Of a stretch of DNA of 43,400 nucleotides, positions 33,248-41,807 are shown piece after piece. The first letter of the stretch is position 1; the number at the start of each line of letters is the position of its first letter. Made by a program: the position numbers and the translations under genes. A model generated the notes under the pieces. The model did not search any database. It was not told the origin of the DNA and saw only the letters and a program-made list of their open reading frames with translations. The stretch comes from an uncultured Candidatus Saccharibacteria bacterium (GTDB taxonomy: Bacteria; Patescibacteriota; WWE3; UBA101185; UBA10185): the NCBI GenBank assembly GCA_964638225.1, contig CAZWYL010000001.1, forward strand, positions 29,342-72,741, read 5' to 3'.

Positions 33248-34348
33248 TTACCAGGAAGGCATGTAATACTTAAGATTCTCCTTTGTAACATAAACACTAG
33301 TTGCTTCCCCTGTAACAATCTGCTTTGCAACCTTTCTGCAAAGACTCTCTAAAATCCTTCCCAAACTGCGGATTCCAGAGTCATAGCCGAAAGGATTAAC
33401 GATTTCCGGCCATAAATTGGGATCTATCTTTAATTCCTCTTCTTTCAATCCAGTCTTCTCTCTTATCTTGGGAAATAAGTAATCTCTCGCAATCACTGCT
33501 TTCTCTTCATTAGTATATGAGGGCATCTTGACAACCTCCATTCTGTCCAAAAGTGCTGCAGTCAAAGTTCCCGTATTATTTGCAGAACAAATGAACAAAA
33601 CTTGAGATAGATCTATAGGATAGTCTACGTAGTGATCCCTAAAATTAGTATTCTGGTTAGGATCCAGAATTTCTAGCAGAACCGCCATAACATCGGCTAG
33701 TAAACCTCTCTCGCCACTAGCCTTTTCTATTTCATCCAGAAGAATTAGCGGATTTTTTACCCCGGTTTTTATCAAAGCTTTTACTATCTGTCCCGGCTCC
33801 GCTCCAGGAAAAGCTTTACTTTTCCCTCTTAACTCAAAGGTAGAGCCAAGGGCGCCCATAGAAATTCTGATAAATTTGCGACCCAAAGCTTCGGCTACAG
33901 ATTGAGCCAAAGTAGTTTTTCCAACGCCCTGTAAACCTACAAGCAGTAAAATAGGGGAGTTGTCAATCGCGCCATCCTTTCGTCTTTTTATGAGAGTCAT
34001 GGTTGCTAGATATTCAAGAATACGTTCTTTTACGTCTGGCATGCCATAGTGTTGACTATCCAATAAACGCTTTGTTCTTTCTATGTCAAGATTATCCTCA
34101 GTAGCAGCAACCCAAGGAATAGATGTTACTACTTCTATGTAGCGTGAAAGAGTGTCAAATTCAGAAGCGTAATGGCCCAGACGAGCCATTCTATCCAATC
34201 TACGGAGCATCTGACGAAGACGCTCCTGTAAACCCTCAGGAATACCCTCCGTAGAGTCAACCCTATTTGAGAGCGCATCTAATTCATCAAAGATGTAGCT
34301 TTCATTATTGGTTTTTAAACCTTTATCTTTAGAGGTTTTATCAGACAT
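33248..34348 (-). CDS. Lon-like AAA+ ATPase module without LAN or peptidase S16 domains
   Basis: Collinear with the E. coli Lon region from about 250 to 590 as I recall it. Matching blocks are HYGMPDVKERILEYLA, LLLVGLQGVGKTTLAQSVAEALGRKFIRISMG, GVKNPLILLDEIEKAS, LEILDPNQNTNFRDHY, LLDRMEVVKMPSYTNEEK and GIRSLGRILESLCRKVAKQ. The ORF stops about 30 aa later. Confidence 0.8.
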   Translation of the reverse strand: MSDKTSKDKGLKTNNESYIFDELDALSNRVDSTEGIPEGLQERLRQMLRRLDRMARLGHYASEFDTLSRYIEVVTSIPWVAATEDNLDIERTKRLLDSQHYGMPDVKERILEYLATMTLIKRRKDGAIDNSPILLLVGLQGVGKTTLAQSVAEALGRKFIRISMGALGSTFELRGKSKAFPGAEPGQIVKALIKTGVKNPLILLDEIEKASGERGLLADVMAVLLEILDPNQNTNFRDHYVDYPIDLSQVLFICSANNTGTLTAALLDRMEVVKMPSYTNEEKAVIARDYLFPKIREKTGLKEEELKIDPNLWPEIVNPFGYDSGIRSLGRILESLCRKVAKQIVTGEATSVYVTKENLKYYMPSW

Positions 34349-34358
34349 TCGCAGCTTA

Positions 34359-34367
34359 ATTCTACCA
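34359..34367 (-). promoter_or_regulatory. Extended -10 element TGgTAGAAT upstream of the Lon-like gene
   Basis: The reverse complement reads TGGTAGAAT, 10 nt before the ATG at 34348. Confidence 0.35.
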
Positions 34368-34379
34368 GATATTTAATAT

Positions 34380-36506
34380 CTAGTACTTTCCTGAGGGTTG
34401 ATCATCTGTGTCTTCCAAAATCTTTTTGGAAAGTGCGATCTTACCGTTTTTAACATCAATAACCTTTACCCTGACCTTATCACCTTTTTTCAAGTAGTTG
34501 GTGACATCTTCCACGTATTCATTCGCAATTTCACTAACGTGTAAAAGACCATCCTTGCCAGGTAAAATCTCCACAAAGGCGCCAAAGTCCACTATATCTT
34601 TAACTTCCCCTTCGTAAACTTCACCGACTTCTACCTCCTTAACAATGTTTTCAATCGTGTCAACAGCAACTTGAACACCATCATCGCTTTTTCCTGTTAC
34701 AACAACGGTACCATCATCATCAATACTTATGACTGCCCCGGTTTCTTCTTGAATAGACTTTATGGTCTTACCACCAGAACCTATAACCATCCCGATTTTG
34801 TCAGGATCAATATTTAAGGTGAAGCTTTTTGGGGCATATTCGGAAACACCTTCTCTTGGTTCCTTAATGGTCTTGGCCATCTCATCCAACACATGAATCC
34901 TTCCTTCACGAGACTGCTCGAATACTTTAGGAAGCAAAGACATGGGAATACCTTGAGCTTTCATATCACTCTGAATAGCCGTAACACCTGTACGAGTACC
35001 GGTCATCTTAAAGTCTAAAAGACCAAAGGCATCTTCTCTATATGCTAAATCCGTAATAATTTTATATTCACTAAAATCATCAGTAGCCATCAAACCCACA
35101 CCTATTCCACCAACCATTGCCTTTATGGGAACTCCAGCCTCCATCAAAGCCATGCTGGAAGCACAGGTTGCAGCCATAGAGCTGGAACCACTAGAAGATA
35201 ATGTCTCAGACATCAAGACTACCATGTAGGGAAATTCCTCTTGGGAGGGAATTACAGCTTTAAGACCTTTTTCAGCAAGCATCCCATGACCTATCTCACG
35301 GCCTCCGGGCCAACCTATTCTTCCAACTTCACCCACAGAAAAAGGGGGGAAATTGTAAAAATGTATAAACTGCTTAGTTTCTTCACCATACATATCGTGA
35401 ATTAACATCTCTAAATTAGGAGAACCTAAAGTAGCAACGGTAAGTAACTGTGTTAAACCACGTGTAAATAAAGCACTGCCGTGAGTTCTTGGCAAAACTC
35501 CCACCTCAGAAGTAATAGGTCTTACCTCATCTATAGCTCTGCCGTCCGGACGCCTACCTTTTCTAACCTCTTGCTCTTGTAAAACATCTTTCTCTATTTC
35601 CTCAAAAGCCTTTTGCATATCTTTTCTTTTGTAATCACCTTCTAATTTCTCATAAATCTCTTCCAAAAGTGCGTCTTTCTTTTCTGCAAAAACATTCTTT
35701 TCCAGGTTTCCACCATAAATTAATTCTTCCACTCTATCTCCAATGACACTCTTAACATCCTCAATTAATTCCTCCGAAATACCTTGAGGTTCATATTCTG
35801 CTTTCTCCAATCCAGGATTAACTTCTTCTGCAAATTCTAGAATGAAATCAACAGCGGGTTTCAGCTGGTTCCGTGCAAACTCAACTGCACCTAAAACCAC
35901 TTCTTCAGGAAGATTATTTACTTCCGCCTCCATAGCTAAATACTTCAAACCCTCTCCAACAAAAGAAACTGTCAAATCCAATTCGGAATTTTCCATTTCT
36001 TTTTCAGAAGGATTTAAAATATATTCCTCTTCTACATAGCCTACTATTGCCGAAACAAAAGGACCTGCAAAGGGAATGTCTGAAGACGTTAATGCTACTG
36101 AAGTTCCGATTAAACTTAAAAACTTAGGGGAGCAAGCGGGGTCATAAGATAAAACTGTATTCACCACCTGTATTTCATTTTTGTAATCTTCTGGGAATAG
36201 AGGTCTTATGGCGTGATCTATCAACCTTCTTGTAACAACGGACTCATCCGTTGGTCTACCCTCTCGTTTCACAAAACGAGAAGATTTGATGGATCCGCTT
36301 GCGTAAAGCTTCTCCTCATAATTTACCCTTAAAGGGAAATAATCCAAATCGGGATTCAATCCACTAGAGACAGCTGTAGATAAAACTACTGACTCTCCAT
36401 AACTAATTTTTACTGCGGAATTTGCTTGCACAGCAAGCTTTCCGGATTCTAAAACCAGCTTTCTTCCAGCTAGTTCCATCTCTTTCTTCACATATTTTTT
36501 ATTCAT
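34380..36506 (-). CDS. pnp: Polyribonucleotide nucleotidyltransferase (PNPase)
   Basis: 708 aa with two RNase PH domains, then KH (GKTIKSIQEETGA) and S1 (GEVYEGEVKDIVDFGAFVEI). Canonical position after rpsO. Confidence 0.95.
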   Translation of the reverse strand: MNKKYVKKEMELAGRKLVLESGKLAVQANSAVKISYGESVVLSTAVSSGLNPDLDYFPLRVNYEEKLYASGSIKSSRFVKREGRPTDESVVTRRLIDHAIRPLFPEDYKNEIQVVNTVLSYDPACSPKFLSLIGTSVALTSSDIPFAGPFVSAIVGYVEEEYILNPSEKEMENSELDLTVSFVGEGLKYLAMEAEVNNLPEEVVLGAVEFARNQLKPAVDFILEFAEEVNPGLEKAEYEPQGISEELIEDVKSVIGDRVEELIYGGNLEKNVFAEKKDALLEEIYEKLEGDYKRKDMQKAFEEIEKDVLQEQEVRKGRRPDGRAIDEVRPITSEVGVLPRTHGSALFTRGLTQLLTVATLGSPNLEMLIHDMYGEETKQFIHFYNFPPFSVGEVGRIGWPGGREIGHGMLAEKGLKAVIPSQEEFPYMVVLMSETLSSSGSSSMAATCASSMALMEAGVPIKAMVGGIGVGLMATDDFSEYKIITDLAYREDAFGLLDFKMTGTRTGVTAIQSDMKAQGIPMSLLPKVFEQSREGRIHVLDEMAKTIKEPREGVSEYAPKSFTLNIDPDKIGMVIGSGGKTIKSIQEETGAVISIDDDGTVVVTGKSDDGVQVAVDTIENIVKEVEVGEVYEGEVKDIVDFGAFVEILPGKDGLLHVSEIANEYVEDVTNYLKKGDKVRVKVIDVKNGKIALSKKILEDTDDQPSGKY

Positions 36507-36691
36507 TTTTTTGTACCTTTCTTTTAGGGAGCTAACTTAGGAATAGATTAAGGAATAAAATACTAGCGACATTATAAACATCTTGCATGCAAGAGTGGAA
36601 ATAATGTCCAATATTTAACCCTTAATCAAAATTCTCTGTTCTAACTCCTAACTTCTATAATTTCTAACTTAAATATATACTAACTAATTAC

Positions 36692-36961
36692 TTACGACTT
36701 AAGCCCTAACTTTTTGGTAACTTTAACATAACGATCTTCGTCTTTTTCTTTCAAATAGGAAAGAAGTCTTCTGCGCTTTCCAACAAGTTGTAATAAACCT
36801 CTTCGAGAATGTGTATCTTTCTTATGGTCTTTTAAATGATCGGCCAATTGGGAAATTCTTTCGCTCAACAAAGCAATTTGTACCTCGGGCGATCCAGTAT
36901 CATCTTCGTGAACCTGGTAATCATTTATTATTTTGTCTTTTAATTCTTTTGATAACGCCAT
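36692..36961 (-). CDS. rpsO: 30S ribosomal protein S15
   Basis: [16 protein letters not shown]...[51 protein letters not shown] at 36961. Confidence 0.9.
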   Translation of the reverse strand: MALSKELKDKIINDYQVHEDDTGSPEVQIALLSERISQLADHLKDHKKDTHSRRGLLQLVGKRRRLLSYLKEKDEDRYVKVTKKLGLKS

Positions 36962-36997
36962 GATCAAGAGCTATTCTAACAAAGAAATCTTAGAGGT

Positions 36998-37654
36998 TCA
37001 ACTCTGAGGTTCCCTATAAGTCATTCCTACTAAAAGAGCTTTAGCGCCCTTTCCACTTGGAACCATTCCTATTCTGGAAAACAATTTAAATACCGCCTCA
37101 CTTAAACTTGAAGCAGAATTATCAATAATATTTACTGATCCGTGTCTAGTATTCATCTTTGTATTGTCTAAATTAATTATCTCTGCTGCAGCAAATGTAT
37201 CTTGAAGCTCTTGATACACCAACCCTAAATCAGAGGGGCTTTGCACGCCTACTGAGAAAATTAAGTCAAAATTATGACCTTGAATCTTAGTCTTTATCCT
37301 GCTGCGATCAAAATCTTTAGAGATTGGAGCCAATACAAGATGTAAAACGTGGTCTTCATTTGAATATGCAAGCTTACTTGCGGGCGTATCTGAATAATCT
37401 ATAGAAATAGTAAGTTGACGGGAATAAATATCATCCGTTAAATCAACTCTATCTATAATATTTTGGGCCTCTTCGGGAATTTTACCGATATAAACAAGGG
37501 AAACATCCTTTTCCTGCGATTTTAAAGTGTGATAAAGACCAACAGCAGCAGTAAATGAATCAGCTCCAGCCACCTCCGAAGGCACTATTGCTATATTTTT
37601 TGCATTTTCTATAAGCTGTCTGACTTCCTCAGCAGCATTGTTTTGTTCATCCAT
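36998..37654 (-). CDS. Degenerate DHH-family (NrnA-like) protein lacking the catalytic DHH residues and the DHHA1 domain
   Basis: NIAIVPSEVAGADSFTAAVGLYHTLKSQEKDV is collinear with NrnA motif I/II but without the H/D ligands. LDNT occupies the place of DHH. I prefer the ATG at 37654 because an upstream -10 element lies inside the longer track ORF. Confidence 0.5.
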   Translation of the reverse strand: MDEQNNAAEEVRQLIENAKNIAIVPSEVAGADSFTAAVGLYHTLKSQEKDVSLVYIGKIPEEAQNIIDRVDLTDDIYSRQLTISIDYSDTPASKLAYSNEDHVLHLVLAPISKDFDRSRIKTKIQGHNFDLIFSVGVQSPSDLGLVYQELQDTFAAAEIINLDNTKMNTRHGSVNIIDNSASSLSEAVFKLFSRIGMVPSGKGAKALLVGMTYREPQS

Positions 37655-37725
37655 GATATCTTTACTTTGGTTGCAGGAATTGTATATACTTTTTCTTAAT
37701 GAAGAGGTCTTCTTGACCTCAGAAG

Positions 37726-37734
37726 ATTGTATCA
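37726..37734 (-). promoter_or_regulatory. Extended -10 element TGaTACAAT (internal promoter ahead of DHH-like/rpsO)
   Basis: The reverse complement of 37726-37734 is TGATACAAT, preceded by a second TATAAT (37735-37740). Confidence 0.4.
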
Positions 37735-37825
37735 ATTATAGGCCAAGTTGTCAACATAAGTAAACTTAACTCAGGACTATCCTAAAAAAAGAAAATAATC
37801 TCAAACAATAGAAATTGGAGATTTT

Positions 37826-39316
37826 TTAAACTACCTCAATAAACATTCCGGGCTTTATCTCTTCAAATTGCGGTTTTAACATGATTCCACACTCTTTACC
37901 TTTTCCTATAGAATCCACTTCTTCGGTACCAACGTTAACATTCTTAACTCTACCTCTATATAAAGGCTCATCGTCTTCTGTAACATCAGCGGGATTTTTA
38001 TCATAAATTTCAACAGAAGAACCTTCGTGGATCCTTCCTGCCAAGACAGTACATCCTGCTACAATGTCTCCCGATTTCAATTTAAATAACTTCAGAATTC
38101 CCGCTCTGCCCTTGATCTTAGCCTCTTCTTTCTCTGCTGTCCATTTCAGTAAATCCTCAGCGTCGTCCAATAAATCATAAATTGTATTATAAGTCTTAAT
38201 CGGAATGTTCATATTTTGAGCTAAATTTTCTGCAGAGTGAGAAACCGATACATTAAAGCCAATAACAACTCCATCCACACTTTGTGCAAGAAGCACATCT
38301 GAATCAGTTATATTGCCTGTGGAAGTATGAATAAATTTTAGAGAAAAAGTGTTTCCTACTGAAGAGGTAACTAAATCACCCATACTAGCTTTTACAGCCT
38401 CTAGAGTACCTTTAGTGTCAGCCTTGACAACAACGGAAACCATTTTCTTAGCATTAGTACCCACAATTTCTACTCTGCCATCACTTACAGCCAACTCAGC
38501 AAGCTCACTCCCCTCCTCAACTATCAAATCTCCTACATTGGGGGGCTCATTGAAACCTAACAAACTTACTGGTGTGGTTGCTATTACTTTTTTCAAACTT
38601 TTTCCGCGCTCATCAGCTATTCTCTTAATCTTAGCTTCCAAACCACTGGCCTGGACCTCGTCACCAACGCTTAAAGTTCCATTGCGAACTATGCAATTAA
38701 CAACTATACCCTGCTTTGAATCTTTCTTTGCTTCAATTATTGGAGCTTCTAACTCATCGGTGGGATCAGCTTTTAACTCCAAAATTTCTGAAACTACTAA
38801 GATTACGTCCAGCAATTCATCCAGATTTTCCCCTGTCTCAGCCGAAACCTCCACACTTACAACCTCACCACCCCAATCCTCAACTAAAACGTTTTCCTGA
38901 GCTAATTGCTGTTTTACTTTTTCGGGATCGACACCAGGAAGATCCATCTTGTTCATGGCCACAACCATAGGTGTGTCGGCGGCCTTAGCATGTGCAATTG
39001 CTTCTTTTGTTTGAGGCATCACACCATCATCTGCTGCAACAACTAAAACTACTAAATCAGCGACTTTGCCTCCGCGCGCGCGCATCTGAGTAAAAGCGCT
39101 GTGTCCAGGTGTATCTACAAATGTAATTTTTTGATCTTTGTGTTCAATTGAGTAAGCACCTACGTGCTGAGTGATACCGCCATATTCCTTCTTTTGTACA
39201 TTAGTTTTTCGAATGGCATCCAGGAGACTGGTTTTACCATGATCAACATGTCCCATAAATGAGACGATGGGCGCTCTAGTATATTCCAAATTGTCTTTAT
39301 TAGTAACTTCAGCCAT
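37826..39316 (-). CDS. infB: Translation initiation factor IF-2 (minimal form starting at the G domain)
   Basis: RAPIVSFMGHVDHGKTSLLDAIR, DTPGH and NKMD, followed by domains II-C2. Only about 15 aa precede the G domain. Confidence 0.95.
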   Translation of the reverse strand: MAEVTNKDNLEYTRAPIVSFMGHVDHGKTSLLDAIRKTNVQKKEYGGITQHVGAYSIEHKDQKITFVDTPGHSAFTQMRARGGKVADLVVLVVAADDGVMPQTKEAIAHAKAADTPMVVAMNKMDLPGVDPEKVKQQLAQENVLVEDWGGEVVSVEVSAETGENLDELLDVILVVSEILELKADPTDELEAPIIEAKKDSKQGIVVNCIVRNGTLSVGDEVQASGLEAKIKRIADERGKSLKKVIATTPVSLLGFNEPPNVGDLIVEEGSELAELAVSDGRVEIVGTNAKKMVSVVVKADTKGTLEAVKASMGDLVTSSVGNTFSLKFIHTSTGNITDSDVLLAQSVDGVVIGFNVSVSHSAENLAQNMNIPIKTYNTIYDLLDDAEDLLKWTAEKEEAKIKGRAGILKLFKLKSGDIVAGCTVLAGRIHEGSSVEIYDKNPADVTEDDEPLYRGRVKNVNVGTEEVDSIGKGKECGIMLKPQFEEIKPGMFIEVV

Positions 39317-39340
39317 ATTTTGTTTAAAAATCCTATTTTT

Positions 39341-40591
39341 TTATTCATCTTCCTGTTCTTGCTTTTCACTATCTTCCGCAGATCCGTTTCCATCTTCCAC
39401 TTCCCCCTCAATTTCCTCTTCTACTTCAGACTCTTCACTATCCACCTCTTCTGATTCCTCCTCATTTTCAGCCTCTTCATTATCTTTCTCTTCAGGTTTC
39501 TCTTCCCCTTCAGACATCCCTACCTCTTCGCCGACCGTTTCCTCAGATTCATCACCTTCAACTCTAGAAATAAGTGAATCCCAAGTGCCTCCAACAACCT
39601 CACTTTCCGTAACAAATCCTTCTTCACCCTCCTCAAAGAAACCCTCGGCACCTTTAATATCTATTCGCCAATTAGTTAACTTATTGGCCAAGCGGGCGTT
39701 TTGTCCCGCCTTACCTATAGCTAGACTCTGTTGATCTTCGGGTACAGAAACCACGGCTTTCTTTTCTTCCCTATCCAACGAAACATCTGTAACTCTAGCA
39801 GGTGACAATGCAGCTGCAATAAATTTTGCTTCGTCTTCAAAATAGGGAATAATATCAATTTTTTCCCCGTTTATCTCGGAAATTACAGATTGAACGCGAA
39901 CTCCCTTCTGACCCACACAACTACCCACAGGATCTATTCTCTCATCGCTGGAAGAAACAGCCATCTTAGTTCTAGAACCGGGCTCTCGCGCAATAGCTTC
40001 TACTTTTACAACACCGGAAGCAATCTCTGGAACTTCCTGCTCAAACAATTTAATCACGAACTCAGGATCCGCCCTACTTACCAAAACCTCCGGCCCCTTA
40101 CCGCTCTCTTTTACTTTCTTAACCAATACTTTTATACGCTGATTGATTTTATAAGTTTCTCCGGGAACCTGTTCCCCAGGAAGTAAAATTCCATGTGCCT
40201 TACCTAAATCAATAACTACTACCTTCTTTTCCATTCTGAATATATGTCCACTTACAATTTCACCCTCTTTCTCACTAAATTCTTCAATAATCACGTCTTT
40301 CTCGGTTTCTCGAATTTTTTGAAAAATAACCTGCTTTGCAGTCTGAGCAGCTATTCTTCCAAAACCTGCGGGTGTAACATCCTCTCCATCTTTAAAAACC
40401 TTAGCCTCTCCTGTCAAGGGATCGAGTTCGGCAGTTATTTCCACTTCGGATTCAGGATCAACATCATCCCCATAGTCTTTGTTATAGGCAGATACTAAAG
40501 CTGATTCAATAGACTCAATAACACTCTCTACAGAGATGCCTCGTTCTGTTGCTATCTGATTTACTGCTGCACTAAATTCTGTTATTGCCAT
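39341..40591 (-). CDS. nusA: Transcription termination/antitermination factor NusA with a long acidic C-terminal tail
   Basis: NTD, S1 (GEIVSGHIFRMEKKVVVIDLG), KH1/KH2 (GSCVGQKGVRVQSV, AIGKAGQNARLANKLT), then a D/E-rich tail of about 85 aa. Confidence 0.9.
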   Translation of the reverse strand: MAITEFSAAVNQIATERGISVESVIESIESALVSAYNKDYGDDVDPESEVEITAELDPLTGEAKVFKDGEDVTPAGFGRIAAQTAKQVIFQKIRETEKDVIIEEFSEKEGEIVSGHIFRMEKKVVVIDLGKAHGILLPGEQVPGETYKINQRIKVLVKKVKESGKGPEVLVSRADPEFVIKLFEQEVPEIASGVVKVEAIAREPGSRTKMAVSSSDERIDPVGSCVGQKGVRVQSVISEINGEKIDIIPYFEDEAKFIAAALSPARVTDVSLDREEKKAVVSVPEDQQSLAIGKAGQNARLANKLTNWRIDIKGAEGFFEEGEEGFVTESEVVGGTWDSLISRVEGDESEETVGEEVGMSEGEEKPEEKDNEEAENEEESEEVDSEESEVEEEIEGEVEDGNGSAEDSEKQEQEDE

Positions 40592-40621
40592 ATTTCTTTT
40601 ATTTTACAGTATATATAAAGA

Positions 40622-40641
40622 AAGTGGGAACGATCCCACTT
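40622..40641 (-). terminator. Intrinsic-terminator-like hairpin in the nusA leader (also downstream of the HK gene)
   Basis: On the minus strand: AAGUGGGA-UCGU-UCCCACUU (8-bp stem, 4-nt loop) followed by UCUUUAUAUAU. It lies about 30 nt before the nusA ATG. Confidence 0.45.
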
Positions 40642-40676
40642 AAACATAAATATTCTACTTTGTACTAACCACAATT

Positions 40677-40705
40677 AAAGTATCACACTAAGAAGCTGGG
40701 GTCAA
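40677..40705 (-). promoter_or_regulatory. Candidate nusA promoter
   Basis: On the minus strand: -35 TTGACC (40705-40700), 17-nt spacer ending in TGa, -10 TACTTT (40682-40677). Confidence 0.4.
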
Positions 40706-40784
40706 TAAAACATATTTGGAGTTTCCAACGCAAAATTTTTTATTATGAGCTTATGTAAATCTCAAAATAAAGCTTTTTAATAAA

Positions 40785-41807
40785 CTAAAGCCTTTCATTT
40801 AACGTAACTTTAAACAACGTTCCGGCTCCCAATTCACTTTTAACACATATATCTCCTTTATGTAATTCCACTATTTCCTTTGCAATAGATAAACCTAAGC
40901 CATAACCATTGTCCTCATCTTTCGATCGAGAGAATTCTGCTTTATAAAAGCGATCAAATATTCGGGGTTGATCTTTCTGGGCTATTCCAATACCTTCGTC
41001 TTCAACCTCAACATAAATATTGTTCCCTTTTTTATGGGCTCTAATATTAATTTTTCCTCCCGGTTCGCTGAACTTCAAAGCATTATCAAGCAGGATCTTT
41101 AATAACTCACGAATGGAGCGTTCGTCGGCCTCCAAAAAAATATTCTCACATTTTACGGATAATCCTATTTCCTTACTCTCAATTCTTGCTGTAAATTCAT
41201 CAGCGACTTCTTCAATTAAAGGTTTCAGTGAAATCTCCGAAAATTCTTTAGGCTCATATACACCGGAATATTCACTTTGTTTCAACAAAAAGCTTGTTAA
41301 TGTGGATAAAGATTCAACATCCTCTAAAGTTGACTCCATTACTCTCTTTGCTTCCTGCAAATTCATTCTTTTGTTTCGTAGTGCAACCTCTAATTGAGTT
41401 CTAAGTGCGGTAAGGGGAGTTTTGAACTCGTGTGCAGCATCCGCTACAAAGTCTTTCTGTTTCTGGAGCATTTTTTCTATTGGTTCAAGAGTTAAACCTG
41501 CCAACCAATAACTTAAAGAACCAGCAAAAAGTAGAATAAAGATATTGACTATTAATAAAAGATACAAAGTTGTACTTCTTACCTCTTTTAAAGTTTCTTC
41601 AACCGCAGAATCTTCAAACCTAAGGGAATTTTCTTTGAACCCGGGATACTCTTCTAAACGACGTTGAAATTTCCTGTTATGGCGAACTAGCACATTTTCA
41701 GTATTTTTTACTACTTGAAAATAAACTAAGCTGCTGAAACTAACAGTTATAAACATCAGAATAAGCAGATACCAGGCGGTCAACTTAACTCTTGCTGATT
41801 TAAACAT
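40785..41807 (-). CDS. Sensor histidine kinase (two TM helices, HisKA + HATPase_c)
   Basis: H-box AAHEFKTPLTAL, N-box LLDNALKF, and G-boxes DEGIGI and GYGLGLSIAKEIV. Confidence 0.85.
   Translation of the reverse strand: MFKSARVKLTAWYLLILMFITVSFSSLVYFQVVKNTENVLVRHNRKFQRRLEEYPGFKENSLRFEDSAVEETLKEVRSTTLYLLLIVNIFILLFAGSLSYWLAGLTLEPIEKMLQKQKDFVADAAHEFKTPLTALRTQLEVALRNKRMNLQEAKRVMESTLEDVESLSTLTSFLLKQSEYSGVYEPKEFSEISLKPLIEEVADEFTARIESKEIGLSVKCENIFLEADERSIRELLKILLDNALKFSEPGGKINIRAHKKGNNIYVEVEDEGIGIAQKDQPRIFDRFYKAEFSRSKDEDNGYGLGLSIAKEIVELHKGDICVKSELGAGTLFKVTLNERL

Noticed and set aside
36571-36593. Palindrome CTTGCATGCAAG and adjacent TATAAT in the rpsO-pnp spacer as a pnp autoregulatory (RNase III) hairpin or promoter
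   Set aside because: The stem is only 4 bp with a 4-nt loop, and I found no credible -35. It could be noise in a 185-nt AT-rich spacer. It is worth checking only if transcript data exist.
38349-38970. 183-aa and 84-aa plus-strand ORFs
   Set aside because: They are antisense to the highly conserved infB coding sequence. The same reasoning applies to 3590-4112, 4763-5107, 8388-9060, 10882-11121, 12354-12662, 19597-20550, 21141-21392, 22097-22411, 22826-23729, 25478-26358, 27012-27212, 27733-28168, 29985-30347, 31404-31622, 32953-33177, 35842-36039, 39160-39411, 39890-40498 and 41020-42199.
39267-39734. 155-aa Ser-rich plus-strand ORF
   Set aside because: It is the antisense shadow of the poly-acidic (GAA/GAG-rich) NusA tail and the infB start region. 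It has no start context and its composition is purely mirror-derived.
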